Of a DNA stretch of 64,000 bases, positions 7,830-17,864 are shown in pieces. This DNA is from Bacteroidales bacterium. Its GTDB lineage: Bacteria; Bacteroidota; Bacteroidia; Bacteroidales; VadinHA17. Position numbers and translations under genes: made by a program. Numbering within the stretch: the first letter of the stretch is position 1; the number at the start of each line of letters is the position of its first letter. The DNA is taken from contig CAXXWV010000002.1 of NCBI GenBank assembly GCA_963676175.2, positions 132,081 through 196,080 on the forward strand. Direction: 5' to 3'. The notes under the pieces were generated by a model. The model was not told the origin of the DNA and did no database searches. It saw nothing but the letters and a program-made list of their open reading frames with translations.

Positions 7830-8516
7830 ATGGCTAAGAAGACTAAGGACGCAAATCCACAGACCATTTCGAACGTTGAGCAGACTCTGACCAGAACAGA
7901 GCAATATCTTGAGGAAAACTACAAGACATTACTGACCGGACTGGCAGTGATTGTTGTATTGGTTGGACTTGGATGGCTTGGAAAATTATATCTGAATAAA
8001 AGGAATGATGAGGCTCAGGCACAGATGTACCAGGCTGAAAAGTACCTTGAAATGGATTCCATCAAGCTGGCTCTCAACGGTGACGGCAACTATCTTGGAT
8101 TTTTGGATATCGCGAAAAGCTACAAGCTTACAAAGGCAGGCAACCTTGCCCGTTACAGTGCAGGCATATGTTACCTTCATCTTGGCCAGTATCAGGATGC
8201 AATAGAATATCTTAACAAGTATTCCAAAAAAGACCAGGTGATAGGTTCTCTGGCTATTGGCGCGACAGGCGACGCCTATATTGAACTGGGTCAGACTGAC
8301 AAGGGCATAGCAAAATATATTGAAGCCGCCGATTATGCAAAGAATTCATTCAACACACCTCTGTTTCTGATGAAAGCCGGCCAGATATACGAGCTTAACG
8401 GGAAATATTCTGATGCTTTAAAAGTATATGAGAGGATTGAAAGCGAGTATCCTGAAAGTACAGAAGGAGCAGTAATTGAAAAATATATCACAAGGATCAA
8501 ACTTCTGATCAAATAA
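7830..8516 (+). CDS. membrane-anchored tetratricopeptide-repeat protein
   Basis: 228 aa. Has one TM (LLTGLAVIVVLVGLGWL) followed by TPR-like helices (YSAGICYLHLGQYQDAIEYL...). It lies immediately upstream of ribH. Confidence 0.8.
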   Translation: MAKKTKDANPQTISNVEQTLTRTEQYLEENYKTLLTGLAVIVVLVGLGWLGKLYLNKRNDEAQAQMYQAEKYLEMDSIKLALNGDGNYLGFLDIAKSYKLTKAGNLARYSAGICYLHLGQYQDAIEYLNKYSKKDQVIGSLAIGATGDAYIELGQTDKGIAKYIEAADYAKNSFNTPLFLMKAGQIYELNGKYSDALKVYERIESEYPESTEGAVIEKYITRIKLLIK

Positions 8517-8525
8517 TTGCGGACC

Positions 8526-9011
8526 ATGGCAACAGCCAATCTATCCGCCTACGATCCCTCAGCGGTGCCTGATGCAGGCGATATGCGCTTTGGTATCGTG
8601 GTGTCGGACTGGAACAATGATATCACCTGGGCCCTTCTTGAAGGTGCTGTTTCAACACTCATCAAACACGGAGCTGCCCAGGAGGATATAGTAATCAAAC
8701 ATGTACCCGGTAGTTTTGAACTGACACTCGGGGCTCAGTTTCTTGCAGAATATGATGATCTTGATGCGGTGATCTGCCTGGGTTGTGTTATACAGGGTGA
8801 AACACCACATTTTACATATATCTGTCAGGGTGTGACCCAGGGTATCACGCAGCTTAACCTTGAATACAATATCCCTTTTATTTTCGGAGTTCTGACTACA
8901 AACGACCACAAGCAGGCAGCAGACAGGGCCGGAGGAATTCACGGAAACAAAGGAGATGAAGCTGCCGTAACAGCCATCAAAATGGCAGCCCTTCAGAGGG
9001 AGATGGAATGA
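8526..9011 (+). CDS. ribH: 6,7-dimethyl-8-ribityllumazine synthase
   Basis: Motifs seen are [36 protein letters not shown] and [17 protein letters not shown] at 8526 (MATANLS) is preferred over the TTG at 8517. Confidence 0.92.
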   Translation: MATANLSAYDPSAVPDAGDMRFGIVVSDWNNDITWALLEGAVSTLIKHGAAQEDIVIKHVPGSFELTLGAQFLAEYDDLDAVICLGCVIQGETPHFTYICQGVTQGITQLNLEYNIPFIFGVLTTNDHKQAADRAGGIHGNKGDEAAVTAIKMAALQREME

Positions 9012-9033
9012 TCATAATAATCATTTACGGTTA

Positions 9034-11940
9034 TTATCTTGTGCAAAGTCCCCTGTAGGAACACCACGAACATTTTCCCCTGATATCAGAAGTCATTACA
9101 AATTCAGAATCCATACTGAATATTGAAGACACCGTGTTTTTTAGATTTTCAATAAATTCTACACGTATCTCATGATAATCATCAAGCTGGCGATCAGTCC
9201 TCTGGTCGGTTTTTAGTTTAAGTTTATCATTTCCCGAAATAACTGATTTTCTGACTCTGTAAACCGATGGCCGTACTTTTGCATCCGGATTTGAGATAAG
9301 ATAGGCCTCGCAGTATAGGAGAGTTTGCAGCCAGGCATCGAGGTCTTTCTTCCTGTCGTCGGTAAAAAGCTCTTCCACCGATCCGATCTTTTCAGCCACA
9401 GAACCGGTCTTATAGTCCACAATTCTTATACTCCCTTCTGCCTGGTCAATCCTGTCAACAATACCTCCAACGGTAACTTCATTTTCAATACCGTTGATAT
9501 TCACCTTCATGTCGAATTTGTACTCCGATTCCAGGGCTATGATACTAAAGGGGGCAACAGCTTTATCAGCTTTAAGGATTTTCTGAACAAAGCTTTTTAA
9601 AACTTCCCTGATTATCAGTTCGGAGCCTTCTACCCGACGGTCGGTACCTCCGCTGAATCTACTGCTGATCGAATCCTTTATGATATCCTCCAACCCGGTG
9701 CCGTTCCGAAGTATCCCGTCAATAACGTTTTCTCCCGTTACCTGTCCTCCTGTGCCGTCATAGAGCTTTTGCATTATTTCATGCAGGATAGCTCCAAGCA
9801 TGGCTGAATCTATATCTTTTGATATCTCTTCCGGTTCCTTAAGCCCGTTAACGTATCGGTAGTAAAACTTCATCCTGCAGCCCAACCATGTATTTATGGC
9901 AGATGGAGAAAGAGTTCTCCTGTTATCAGGCGATAAAAACCTCGACCGAAGACGCCTGTCATGATCTTCAGTTCTGGCGATACTCCTGGCAACCGGACCA
10001 TGTGATCTGATCTCAAAATTAAGATTCATGAATTCAGGCTTCAGGCGCTCATCATATCTCATTTGATTCAGAAACCTGCTCATTTCGCCTGTTCTGAGAC
10101 CGTCGGAATTTGAATTGTACAGAAATGTGACGTTCTCGGCTCTTTCAAGCAGTCTGTAAAAATGATATGCATATATCGACTCCTGATGATTGATTGAAGG
10201 TATCCCAAAAGCTTCCCTGAGATTGTATGGAATAAAGGAGGAACCTGTCGAAACAGACGGTAATACACCTTCATTTACAGACAGTATGATTAGGTTCCTG
10301 AAGTCAAGGGCCCGGGTCTCCAGTATTCCCATTATCTGAATACCGGATAATGGTTCACCAGAGAAGGGGACGGACTGGATCTTGAGTATTTTATCCAGGA
10401 TCTTCATATAAGTATCGGCGGAAAAAGTCACATCTGTCTGACTGACTATGGAATCAAGCCTGTTTACCGACAGTAATCCGCTGTAGATAAACTCATTTCT
10501 TATCCTTTCGTCCATTGTCCGGCCATCCGGATTATCATTTCCATGAATATTCAACGATCCGATAGTGGCAAGGATATTCCTGAAATATTCTGATAATTGA
10601 AGAGTGGTCGCTGGTTTCGAGAAAACAAGTGAAAGATATCCGGATTCCGCGAAACGATTGGCCGGGACCCAGAGCAGATTGGTAACAATGATCTCCTCTA
10701 TCAGCTCATTTTCCTTCTCCCCTGCCAGGCTTTCAGTCAGCGGATGTCTGAGTATATTAAGCACATCGCGATGATTAAACCTCACACCGGAACCTGAATG
10801 AGATGCATTGCGCTGAAGGTCCATCAGGTGTTTCAGGAAAGTATAAACCAGGGTCTGTCTCAGGGGATATCCCATGGTAATATTGATGTCCCCATTGTAT
10901 GCAGGCAGACTGGTTAACACAGGGATAAGAAGATTCTCATCTGCAAGCACTACAGCAGTATGATGAGCTGTTTCCGGATTAAGTCCGGGCAGCTGGCTAA
11001 GGAGATGAGGTAAAAGTTTTACCTGTGCCACATCGGAAGAGGTTTCAATAACTCTTCTCGGAACGCTTTCCGCCGTTGGTGAAAGAAGTGTATCGTAATT
11101 CCAGTCAGCCGGCATGTCGTTGCCGAACATCCTGATGTTGTTCCGCATGAAAAAACCAGCTGAATTCCGGGTACCCTCTTTAATGAAAGAATTATCATAG
11201 TCCCAGTAGAATTTAGCCTTCCCGGCCTTCCTGAAACCATGCATCAACTTTTTCTCACACTCATTGAGCGCATTGAACCCGATAAAATGAATCGTCTCCC
11301 AGGCAATGGATGAATAGAAATCCCCATCCATATTCTCAGCTATATCTCTGAATATCATGCCTTCATAGGCAAGTCCTTTTGATTTAAGGTTCTCTCTGAA
11401 TTCCTGATATAGATCCAGCAGAACCGACCAGATATCAGTAAAGCTGGCCTTCTGTTTTGTAGGTTTATCAGGATTAAAATTCACCCAGAATTTCCTAATC
11501 ACTTCCACCTGCAAAGTTGTCAGTTCACCGAATTGTCTGTCAATGTTTTTAAGATCCTGAACATTATTGAACAATAACCTGGCGTCAACAAGATATTTAT
11601 CTACATCGTCAAAATCATTCAGCAGCATGTCTCCCCAGAAATAGAACTCGTCGAATTTTTCAGGGATTTTTTTCACTTTGGTGTAGGTGCGGTAAAGCTC
11701 AAAGAGAAGGATTTCAGGATATGCAGTCTGCATGGAGGAGTAAGAAGAGAACAACTCATTGATGGTATAAACTGCAGGTGTCCATACCGGTTTTTGAATC
11801 ATCGATGCAAGATATCGCATGAAATATAACCCGGCTCTTCTGTTAGGAAAGACCAGACAATGCCTGTTCAGTTCATTTCCATACCTTTGATTCAGGTCTC
11901 TTGCAATATTCTGAAGGAAGTACTCCATTTTGGTTTCCAA
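9034..11940 (-). CDS. AddB-like PD-(D/E)XK nuclease family protein
   Basis: 968 aa. The C-terminal nuclease motif is VDRIDQ...IRIVDYKTG, flanked by four Cys (WLGCRMKF; CSWCSYRGLC) as in the Fe-S 'iron staple' of AddB. It is partnered by a UvrD-type helicase gene nearby. Confidence 0.8.
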   Translation of the reverse strand: METKMEYFLQNIARDLNQRYGNELNRHCLVFPNRRAGLYFMRYLASMIQKPVWTPAVYTINELFSSYSSMQTAYPEILLFELYRTYTKVKKIPEKFDEFYFWGDMLLNDFDDVDKYLVDARLLFNNVQDLKNIDRQFGELTTLQVEVIRKFWVNFNPDKPTKQKASFTDIWSVLLDLYQEFRENLKSKGLAYEGMIFRDIAENMDGDFYSSIAWETIHFIGFNALNECEKKLMHGFRKAGKAKFYWDYDNSFIKEGTRNSAGFFMRNNIRMFGNDMPADWNYDTLLSPTAESVPRRVIETSSDVAQVKLLPHLLSQLPGLNPETAHHTAVVLADENLLIPVLTSLPAYNGDINITMGYPLRQTLVYTFLKHLMDLQRNASHSGSGVRFNHRDVLNILRHPLTESLAGEKENELIEEIIVTNLLWVPANRFAESGYLSLVFSKPATTLQLSEYFRNILATIGSLNIHGNDNPDGRTMDERIRNEFIYSGLLSVNRLDSIVSQTDVTFSADTYMKILDKILKIQSVPFSGEPLSGIQIMGILETRALDFRNLIILSVNEGVLPSVSTGSSFIPYNLREAFGIPSINHQESIYAYHFYRLLERAENVTFLYNSNSDGLRTGEMSRFLNQMRYDERLKPEFMNLNFEIRSHGPVARSIARTEDHDRRLRSRFLSPDNRRTLSPSAINTWLGCRMKFYYRYVNGLKEPEEISKDIDSAMLGAILHEIMQKLYDGTGGQVTGENVIDGILRNGTGLEDIIKDSISSRFSGGTDRRVEGSELIIREVLKSFVQKILKADKAVAPFSIIALESEYKFDMKVNINGIENEVTVGGIVDRIDQAEGSIRIVDYKTGSVAEKIGSVEELFTDDRKKDLDAWLQTLLYCEAYLISNPDAKVRPSVYRVRKSVISGNDKLKLKTDQRTDRQLDDYHEIRVEFIENLKNTVSSIFSMDSEFVMTSDIRGKCSWCSYRGLCTR

Positions 11941-11980
11941 ATTTAGTGAATAGCTGTCAGCCTCCGCGTTTTAAAGTGAT

Positions 11981-11988
11981 TATATTTG
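11981..11988 (+). promoter_or_regulatory. candidate -7 promoter box (TATATTTG)
   Basis: TAnnTTTG match 22 nt upstream of the ATG at 12011. Confidence 0.4.
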
Positions 11989-12010
11989 TTGTTAAGCCAA
12001 TTATGAATAT

Positions 12011-13642
12011 ATGATATGCAGGAATCTGATAGGTGCAGGACTGACAGTCATGTGTCTGCTGCCCGGATGTAACAGGACGGACCAACAGTCGGAGAACAGG
12101 GAACGTCTTTTTTTTGATCAGGCTGAATTCAACGGGAAACTGGTGAATGAAGGTTTTAACAGGTGCCTGAACTACACCAATGCCTGGCTTGGTCTGGCAG
12201 ATAAGGAGACTGGGCTGATACCACGCAATATTATTGACTCCGGGAGCAAGGATATCTGGAATGCAAAAGATTGCGGGGCAGATAATTACCCGTTCATGGT
12301 GCTCACTTGCGCCTTGCTTGACCAGGATCTGTTCAATGGCAGAATGAGGGAAATTCTCCGCACGGAAACAAAAATTACATCCCGGATTGGTTCGCTTCCG
12401 GACACGTATTCATTTTCAAAGCATGGATTTTTGAACAATCAGGTAAATCTTGAAGATATTATTTTCGGTTCTTCCGAATATGTCAAAGATGGTCTGATCC
12501 CCCTTACCGAATGGCTTGGTCCAAGCCCCTGGTCAGAAAGAATGATCTCGATAATCAATGATGAATTGAAATATGCTCCGGTAAAAACAAAGTCCGGCAA
12601 TATTATTTCTGATAATCCGGAAGTGAACGGAGACATGCTCCAGTCTCTTTCGAGGATCTATTGGATGACCGGCAACAGTAAGTATCTCGAAGAAGCCATA
12701 CGGATCGGTGATTATTATCTGCTTGGAAATAATCATCCTACCCGTGATTTCAAGGTACTCCGACTTCGTGATCATGGATGTGAAATAATCTCCGGATTAT
12801 GTGAACTGTACGCTACTTTAAGTTACTGCGATACTGTTAAAAAAAATGAATATCGTGCGCCTCTTTATGAGATGCTTGACAGAATACTTGAAACCGGAAG
12901 GAATGCCGACGGACTTTTCTACAATTCAATAGATCCGGTCAGAGGGATACCTGTTGACGGTGCTATTGCAGACAATTTTGGATATACACTTAACGGCTTT
13001 TATACCGTCTGGCTCATTGATCACATTAAAAAATACAGGGATCCTGTCATCAAAGCTTTATCGGTCCTGAATGAAAAATACAGGAATTTTCCATGGGAAG
13101 GCTCAAGCGCGGACGGCTATGCCGATGCAATAGAAGGAGCTTTAAACCTAGATGCGCGTGAACCTTCGACATCAACGGAACAATGGATGAACAGCGAAAT
13201 AAAGGTAATGTGGTCGAAACAGAAAAAATCAGGGCTTATTGAAGGCTGGCACGGAGACGGGAATTTTGCCAGGACAACGATAATGTATTGTTTTTGGAAA
13301 ACAGCCGGGACATATCTGATGCCATGGAGGCAGGACCTTGAGTACGGCGCAATTATGGACGACAGCCTGCTTTTTCTTAGTATCTATGCTGTTCAAGACT
13401 GGGATGGAAAACTGATGTTCGATAAAAAACGTCACTCTGAATTCCTTCATCTGCCGGTTGACTGGCCAAGAATCAACCAGTTTCCGGAATATTTCACAGT
13501 AGTTGCTGAAGCAAAATATGAGATCAGGACATCTGAAAAAAAGAATATATTGATTATTCCGGGGAATGAGCTCGGAAAGGGATTGCCTCTGAAAATAGGT
13601 AAAGGAGAATATCTGAGGCTCAGGATCAGGAAGCTGACATGA
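12011..13642 (+). CDS. hypothetical lipoprotein
   Basis: 543 aa with a lipoprotein-type signal (VMCLLPGCNR). No catalytic family recognised by eye. Confidence 0.75.
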   Translation: MICRNLIGAGLTVMCLLPGCNRTDQQSENRERLFFDQAEFNGKLVNEGFNRCLNYTNAWLGLADKETGLIPRNIIDSGSKDIWNAKDCGADNYPFMVLTCALLDQDLFNGRMREILRTETKITSRIGSLPDTYSFSKHGFLNNQVNLEDIIFGSSEYVKDGLIPLTEWLGPSPWSERMISIINDELKYAPVKTKSGNIISDNPEVNGDMLQSLSRIYWMTGNSKYLEEAIRIGDYYLLGNNHPTRDFKVLRLRDHGCEIISGLCELYATLSYCDTVKKNEYRAPLYEMLDRILETGRNADGLFYNSIDPVRGIPVDGAIADNFGYTLNGFYTVWLIDHIKKYRDPVIKALSVLNEKYRNFPWEGSSADGYADAIEGALNLDAREPSTSTEQWMNSEIKVMWSKQKKSGLIEGWHGDGNFARTTIMYCFWKTAGTYLMPWRQDLEYGAIMDDSLLFLSIYAVQDWDGKLMFDKKRHSEFLHLPVDWPRINQFPEYFTVVAEAKYEIRTSEKKNILIIPGNELGKGLPLKIGKGEYLRLRIRKLT

Positions 13643-13656
13643 TGAAGGTGGCAGTT

Positions 13657-14625
13657 TCAGGACTGAGGATATAGTCTGCCCTGCCAGGTGTTGAGCTTCT
13701 CAAGTCTTTTTTCAACGATGCCAACAATCTCATCACTTCTTTTCATGCCCCAGCCCGGTCCGGTGAGGAATCTGGGAGGAGCCTCCCCTGTGAACCTTTC
13801 GACAACGATCATCGGATTGAGATGTTCCAGAAATTTTATAAAAAACCCCAGGTATTCATCCCAGGTAAATAGCTCAAATTCATCCGGATCTTTCCGAAAC
13901 TCTTTTTCCATACCGGTACCTTTAATAATCTGAAGCTGATGGAATTTTACCGTTCTGAGAGGAAGGTGTGAGATAATATCCGCTTCCTTCAGCATATCCT
14001 CCCTCGATTCACCGGGAAGTCCAAAAATAAAATGTGCACCTGTATTGATCCCAAGCGCCGACGTCTTTTCCACAGCTTCCTCAGCTTCCTCAAACGTATG
14101 CCCCCTGTTGATCCGCCTCAGGGTCTTGTTATAGCACGATTCGATACCATATTCAACCGCTATATAATGTTTTTCAGACAGTTCCCGGATATAGGAAAGC
14201 TTCTCGTCGTCGATGCAATCAGGCCTGGTCCCTATAATCAATCCGACCACTCCCGGAATACTCAAAGCCTCCTCATAAAGCTCCCTGAGCCTTGATAAAG
14301 GGGCATATGTGTTAGAATAAGCCTGAAAATAAGCCAGGTAAGAATTTGCCTCCCTGTATCTTTTAGTATGAAATTCTATACCTTCCGCTATCTGCTGTGA
14401 TATAGTTTTCACAGGTTGGCAATATGATGGATTGAAAGCATCATTGTTGCAATAAGTGCAGCCTCCGTTACCTTTAGAACCATCCCTGTTCGGACAGGTG
14501 AATCCGGCATCAACGGATACTTTCTGCACCCTTGCACCAAATAATTTCCTGAAATAATTGGAGTATGCATTGAACCTGCGCTCATGTCCCCAAGGGAATA
14601 CCTGTTTCCGGATCTCTTCCACCAC
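13657..14625 (-). CDS. TIGR01212-type radical SAM protein
   Basis: Motifs seen are DAGFTCPNRDG...GGCTYCNN and the downstream radical-SAM core. Its GTG start sits directly after the TGA of the upstream helicase gene. Confidence 0.85.
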   Translation of the reverse strand: MVEEIRKQVFPWGHERRFNAYSNYFRKLFGARVQKVSVDAGFTCPNRDGSKGNGGCTYCNNDAFNPSYCQPVKTISQQIAEGIEFHTKRYREANSYLAYFQAYSNTYAPLSRLRELYEEALSIPGVVGLIIGTRPDCIDDEKLSYIRELSEKHYIAVEYGIESCYNKTLRRINRGHTFEEAEEAVEKTSALGINTGAHFIFGLPGESREDMLKEADIISHLPLRTVKFHQLQIIKGTGMEKEFRKDPDEFELFTWDEYLGFFIKFLEHLNPMIVVERFTGEAPPRFLTGPGWGMKRSDEIVGIVEKRLEKLNTWQGRLYPQS

Positions 14626-17600
14626 TCAGACTTTTTTTATCTGTTCCCTGTCAACATACCAAACATAGCCTTCAACACCCGGATAGCCCATCTCTGAAAG
14701 CAGATCCATGTACTGATTTACCTGCCCGGCATAGGATGATGATTCATCACCAAATTTAAAATCGATAACCAGTGTTTTATCTTTCCTGAAAATAACCCTG
14801 TCAGGACGCCTGGTATTCCCGGAAGGCAGAAGTATCGAAGCTTCTGTGAGAATTTTATTATCCGCACTGAACCATCCCGAAACTTCGCTTCCTTCCATCA
14901 GATCTTTGATTCGTTTGCAGAGAGCTTCAGACTCCTCCTCCGCCACCAGTCCATCTCCGACCGCTGTCCTTACTGCAGGAACTATATCATGTACTGTCAA
15001 TATTTTCTCAAAAATACCGTGCATAATTCTACCGTGGTTTATCCTTTCACCGGTACCGGCATCATAGGGTTTAAAGAAATCTTCACCGTGAAGTCTGAGC
15101 TTCAGGGAATCGGCAGGCAGACCCACATCGTAAGAATTAAGTCTGAAATCATTTAATATTACCGTTGTACCTTTTACTTCAGGAAGCTGTCCGAAACTGA
15201 AAACATGATTTTCTTTGTCATAATATGTCCCAAGATCAATGCAATGTTCATTTCCTGTATTAATACCAGCCATAAAGGCATTTTGAATTAAACCGGCAAT
15301 TGTTCTCTCTTTTTTAGGGTTTTCTCCTGAAAAGCCATAAATAACTTCTCTTGCCCTTGTCAGAGCCACATAAAGAAGATTGATATTATCGACATAGATG
15401 GAATGCTTCTCTTCATAATAGCTTGGAGCAAACCATGTATCCTTCAGATCCGAACTGTAACGCACGGGTACCAGGCCAATTTCAGCAAAAGGTTCCTGGG
15501 CAGGTTTTATCCATAAAAACGGCTGCTTTGATGGCATATGATCAAGCGGCCAGGTAAGGAAAGGGATGATCACAACCCTGAATTCTAGTCCTTTCGATTT
15601 ATGAATAGTCAGTATCCTCATGGCATTCTGGTCGCCTGGGAGCACTACTGATTTGCCGGAGCCAGAATCACTCCACCATCCCAGAAATGAATGAAGATCT
15701 CCTGTACGGCTTCCTGTAAAATGCACAACATGATCCTGGAACGTGCTCAGATAAGCAATAGCGGAAGGATTTTCTCCAAGGCCGAAGAATCCTATTATAC
15801 TCTCAGTTGCTTCAAAGAGAGGCATCTGTCTTAGCTTAGTGAGAAAGTTCTTATATCCTGAAGGAAAGTACTTTTCAGATGTTTCATCCAACATGTCACC
15901 TGCAAGGCAGACGGTGTCGGCTTCGCTGCTGTTTTTACAAAGCAGGTAGTATCTGATCATACCTGCTCTGCTTATCATAACATCTGGCGTATCTATATGT
16001 CTGAGTACGGATATTATAAAGTTTATGACATGAGAGTTTGAGAGCAGGAGGGAATCGCCCGAAACAATATTATAATTATATCTTTCCTTTTTTTCCGGTT
16101 CAGCATTATTCCCGTAATCAATAAATGTTCTCAGCACATCGGCCCCTTCCCTGCCGTCTCTGACCAGTATCCCGATATCAGACGCGCTGTAGCCGTTATC
16201 CTGCAGCTTCTCAACAGTTTCCGGCAACCTGGTAAGTATTTTATCGTGGGCTTTCGAATCAGCATCATTCTCAACGAACTCGATACGCACATAACCTCCT
16301 GGTTTTGCTACAGGTTCGGATTGAACCGCTTCAGAATAAATCTTTGAAAAGCTTATGGACGAGACATCCCCTTCAAAATCCCTGTCAAGCAACTCAGGGA
16401 TCACAGAAAACAAAGTATTATTGAAGCGGATAATCCCCGATAAACTTCTCCAGTTGCCTGTCAGAGGGATGCTTCGTATCCTGTCGTTGTCGATCCTTCT
16501 GTTCAGTTCCACTCCCAGTATCTTCCAGTCGCTGTTTCTCCACCTGTAAATAGACTGTTTTACATCACCCACGACCAGGTTATCATATCCTTCAGCCATA
16601 CTGTTTTCAAGCAGAGGCTGAAGGTTTTTCCACTGCAACGCTGATGTATCCTGAAACTCATCAATCATGAAGTTTTCATACCTGTTTCCTACTTTCTCAT
16701 ATATAAAAGGAGACTGATCCTCTCCGGTTATCTGACTCAGCACATCCCCTGCATCCGAAAGGAGAAAGCTGTTTTCATCCTGGATAATGTCTCTGATCTT
16801 GCCCAGAATGTCCGACAGTATCCCAAGTGAATAGATATTTGCCAGAATAATCTTCGCTGTTTTGTAATCCTTCAGATTCTCATCATAAAATTTCAGAACA
16901 CCGGTAAGCGTTTCTTCCAGACCATCAGCAATTGCTGCTTTAAGCTTTTCCGCCGGAGCGGCAGTTGACCATCTTGGCGGAGAATTCCTCAATTCTCCTA
17001 CAGCCTGGTTAGGCTCTTTGACAACTCCGGCAGCCACAGCCCTGATGTATCCCGGGACTCCCTGGCTCTTTCTGAAAAACATGTCATCGGAAAGATCATA
17101 TCTGGCAAAAATGTCCAATGCTTTCTTTCCTGCATCCTGAAGTTCTTTTTCAAATGAAGAAACCAGCTTGCTCAGCTTTCCGATGAAGGTCATCAGAAAT
17201 TCCTTATCGGCCAGCTTGGCCTGTCCTTCATTATAAAGAATTTTGAATCTTTCCCTGAACAGTTCCCCGGAAAGGTTTAATATATTATCTCTCAGGTTCC
17301 ATGATTTCTCCTCCTCAATGTTTGCAAGAGCATATTTTGTGAGCCACCTGTTCAATACTGTGCCTTCAACGGCTGAACCCAGCATTTCATCAACGGCTGA
17401 AGAAAGAATGGCGCTGTGATCGAGTTCAACATTAAAACCGGATTGCAGTCCCACGTCCCTGATAAAAGCTCTCAGTATTTTTTGAAAAAAACTGTCTATG
17501 GTTGATATAGAGAATCTGGAATAATCGTGCAGAATTGTAAGGAGAATATCCCCTGCCTCCTTTCTTATCCATTCTTCGCTCCTGCCGGTGTCTTTCATCA

Positions 17601-17823
17601 GTTTTGAAAGATAATCCGACGGTTTTCCTGAGGCAAGCTTGTGGAGACTCTCCAGTATTCTGGATTTCATCTCGGCAGTCGCTTTGTTGGTAAAAGTAAC
17701 AGCAAGAATTTTTCTGTAATTATATCTGGAATGAAAGAGACTGGTAAGATATATCTCTGTCAGTGTATATGTTTTACCTGAACCAGCAGATGCGCTGAAT
17801 ATGGTTAGTGTTCCTTTTCCCAT
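14626..17823 (-). CDS. AddA-like UvrD-family helicase with C-terminal nuclease domain
   Basis: 1065 aa. Has Walker A SASAGSGKTYTL, DEFQDTS and other UvrD/Rep motifs (TIHKSKGLEF, VALTRA), plus a C-terminal RPDRV...VIDFKFG nuclease motif. Confidence 0.85.
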   Translation of the reverse strand: MGKGTLTIFSASAGSGKTYTLTEIYLTSLFHSRYNYRKILAVTFTNKATAEMKSRILESLHKLASGKPSDYLSKLMKDTGRSEEWIRKEAGDILLTILHDYSRFSISTIDSFFQKILRAFIRDVGLQSGFNVELDHSAILSSAVDEMLGSAVEGTVLNRWLTKYALANIEEEKSWNLRDNILNLSGELFRERFKILYNEGQAKLADKEFLMTFIGKLSKLVSSFEKELQDAGKKALDIFARYDLSDDMFFRKSQGVPGYIRAVAAGVVKEPNQAVGELRNSPPRWSTAAPAEKLKAAIADGLEETLTGVLKFYDENLKDYKTAKIILANIYSLGILSDILGKIRDIIQDENSFLLSDAGDVLSQITGEDQSPFIYEKVGNRYENFMIDEFQDTSALQWKNLQPLLENSMAEGYDNLVVGDVKQSIYRWRNSDWKILGVELNRRIDNDRIRSIPLTGNWRSLSGIIRFNNTLFSVIPELLDRDFEGDVSSISFSKIYSEAVQSEPVAKPGGYVRIEFVENDADSKAHDKILTRLPETVEKLQDNGYSASDIGILVRDGREGADVLRTFIDYGNNAEPEKKERYNYNIVSGDSLLLSNSHVINFIISVLRHIDTPDVMISRAGMIRYYLLCKNSSEADTVCLAGDMLDETSEKYFPSGYKNFLTKLRQMPLFEATESIIGFFGLGENPSAIAYLSTFQDHVVHFTGSRTGDLHSFLGWWSDSGSGKSVVLPGDQNAMRILTIHKSKGLEFRVVIIPFLTWPLDHMPSKQPFLWIKPAQEPFAEIGLVPVRYSSDLKDTWFAPSYYEEKHSIYVDNINLLYVALTRAREVIYGFSGENPKKERTIAGLIQNAFMAGINTGNEHCIDLGTYYDKENHVFSFGQLPEVKGTTVILNDFRLNSYDVGLPADSLKLRLHGEDFFKPYDAGTGERINHGRIMHGIFEKILTVHDIVPAVRTAVGDGLVAEEESEALCKRIKDLMEGSEVSGWFSADNKILTEASILLPSGNTRRPDRVIFRKDKTLVIDFKFGDESSSYAGQVNQYMDLLSEMGYPGVEGYVWYVDREQIKKV

Positions 17824-17852
17824 AACCGCATAAAGTTAGGTAATCTTTTAAT

Positions 17853-17860
17853 TACCTTTG
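17853..17860 (+). promoter_or_regulatory. candidate -7 promoter box (TACCTTTG) for mnmA
   Basis: The TAnnTTTG match ends 4 nt before the ATG at 17865. The 14-mer aattacctttgcat is also present upstream of thrS. Confidence 0.5.
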
Positions 17861-17864
17861 CATC

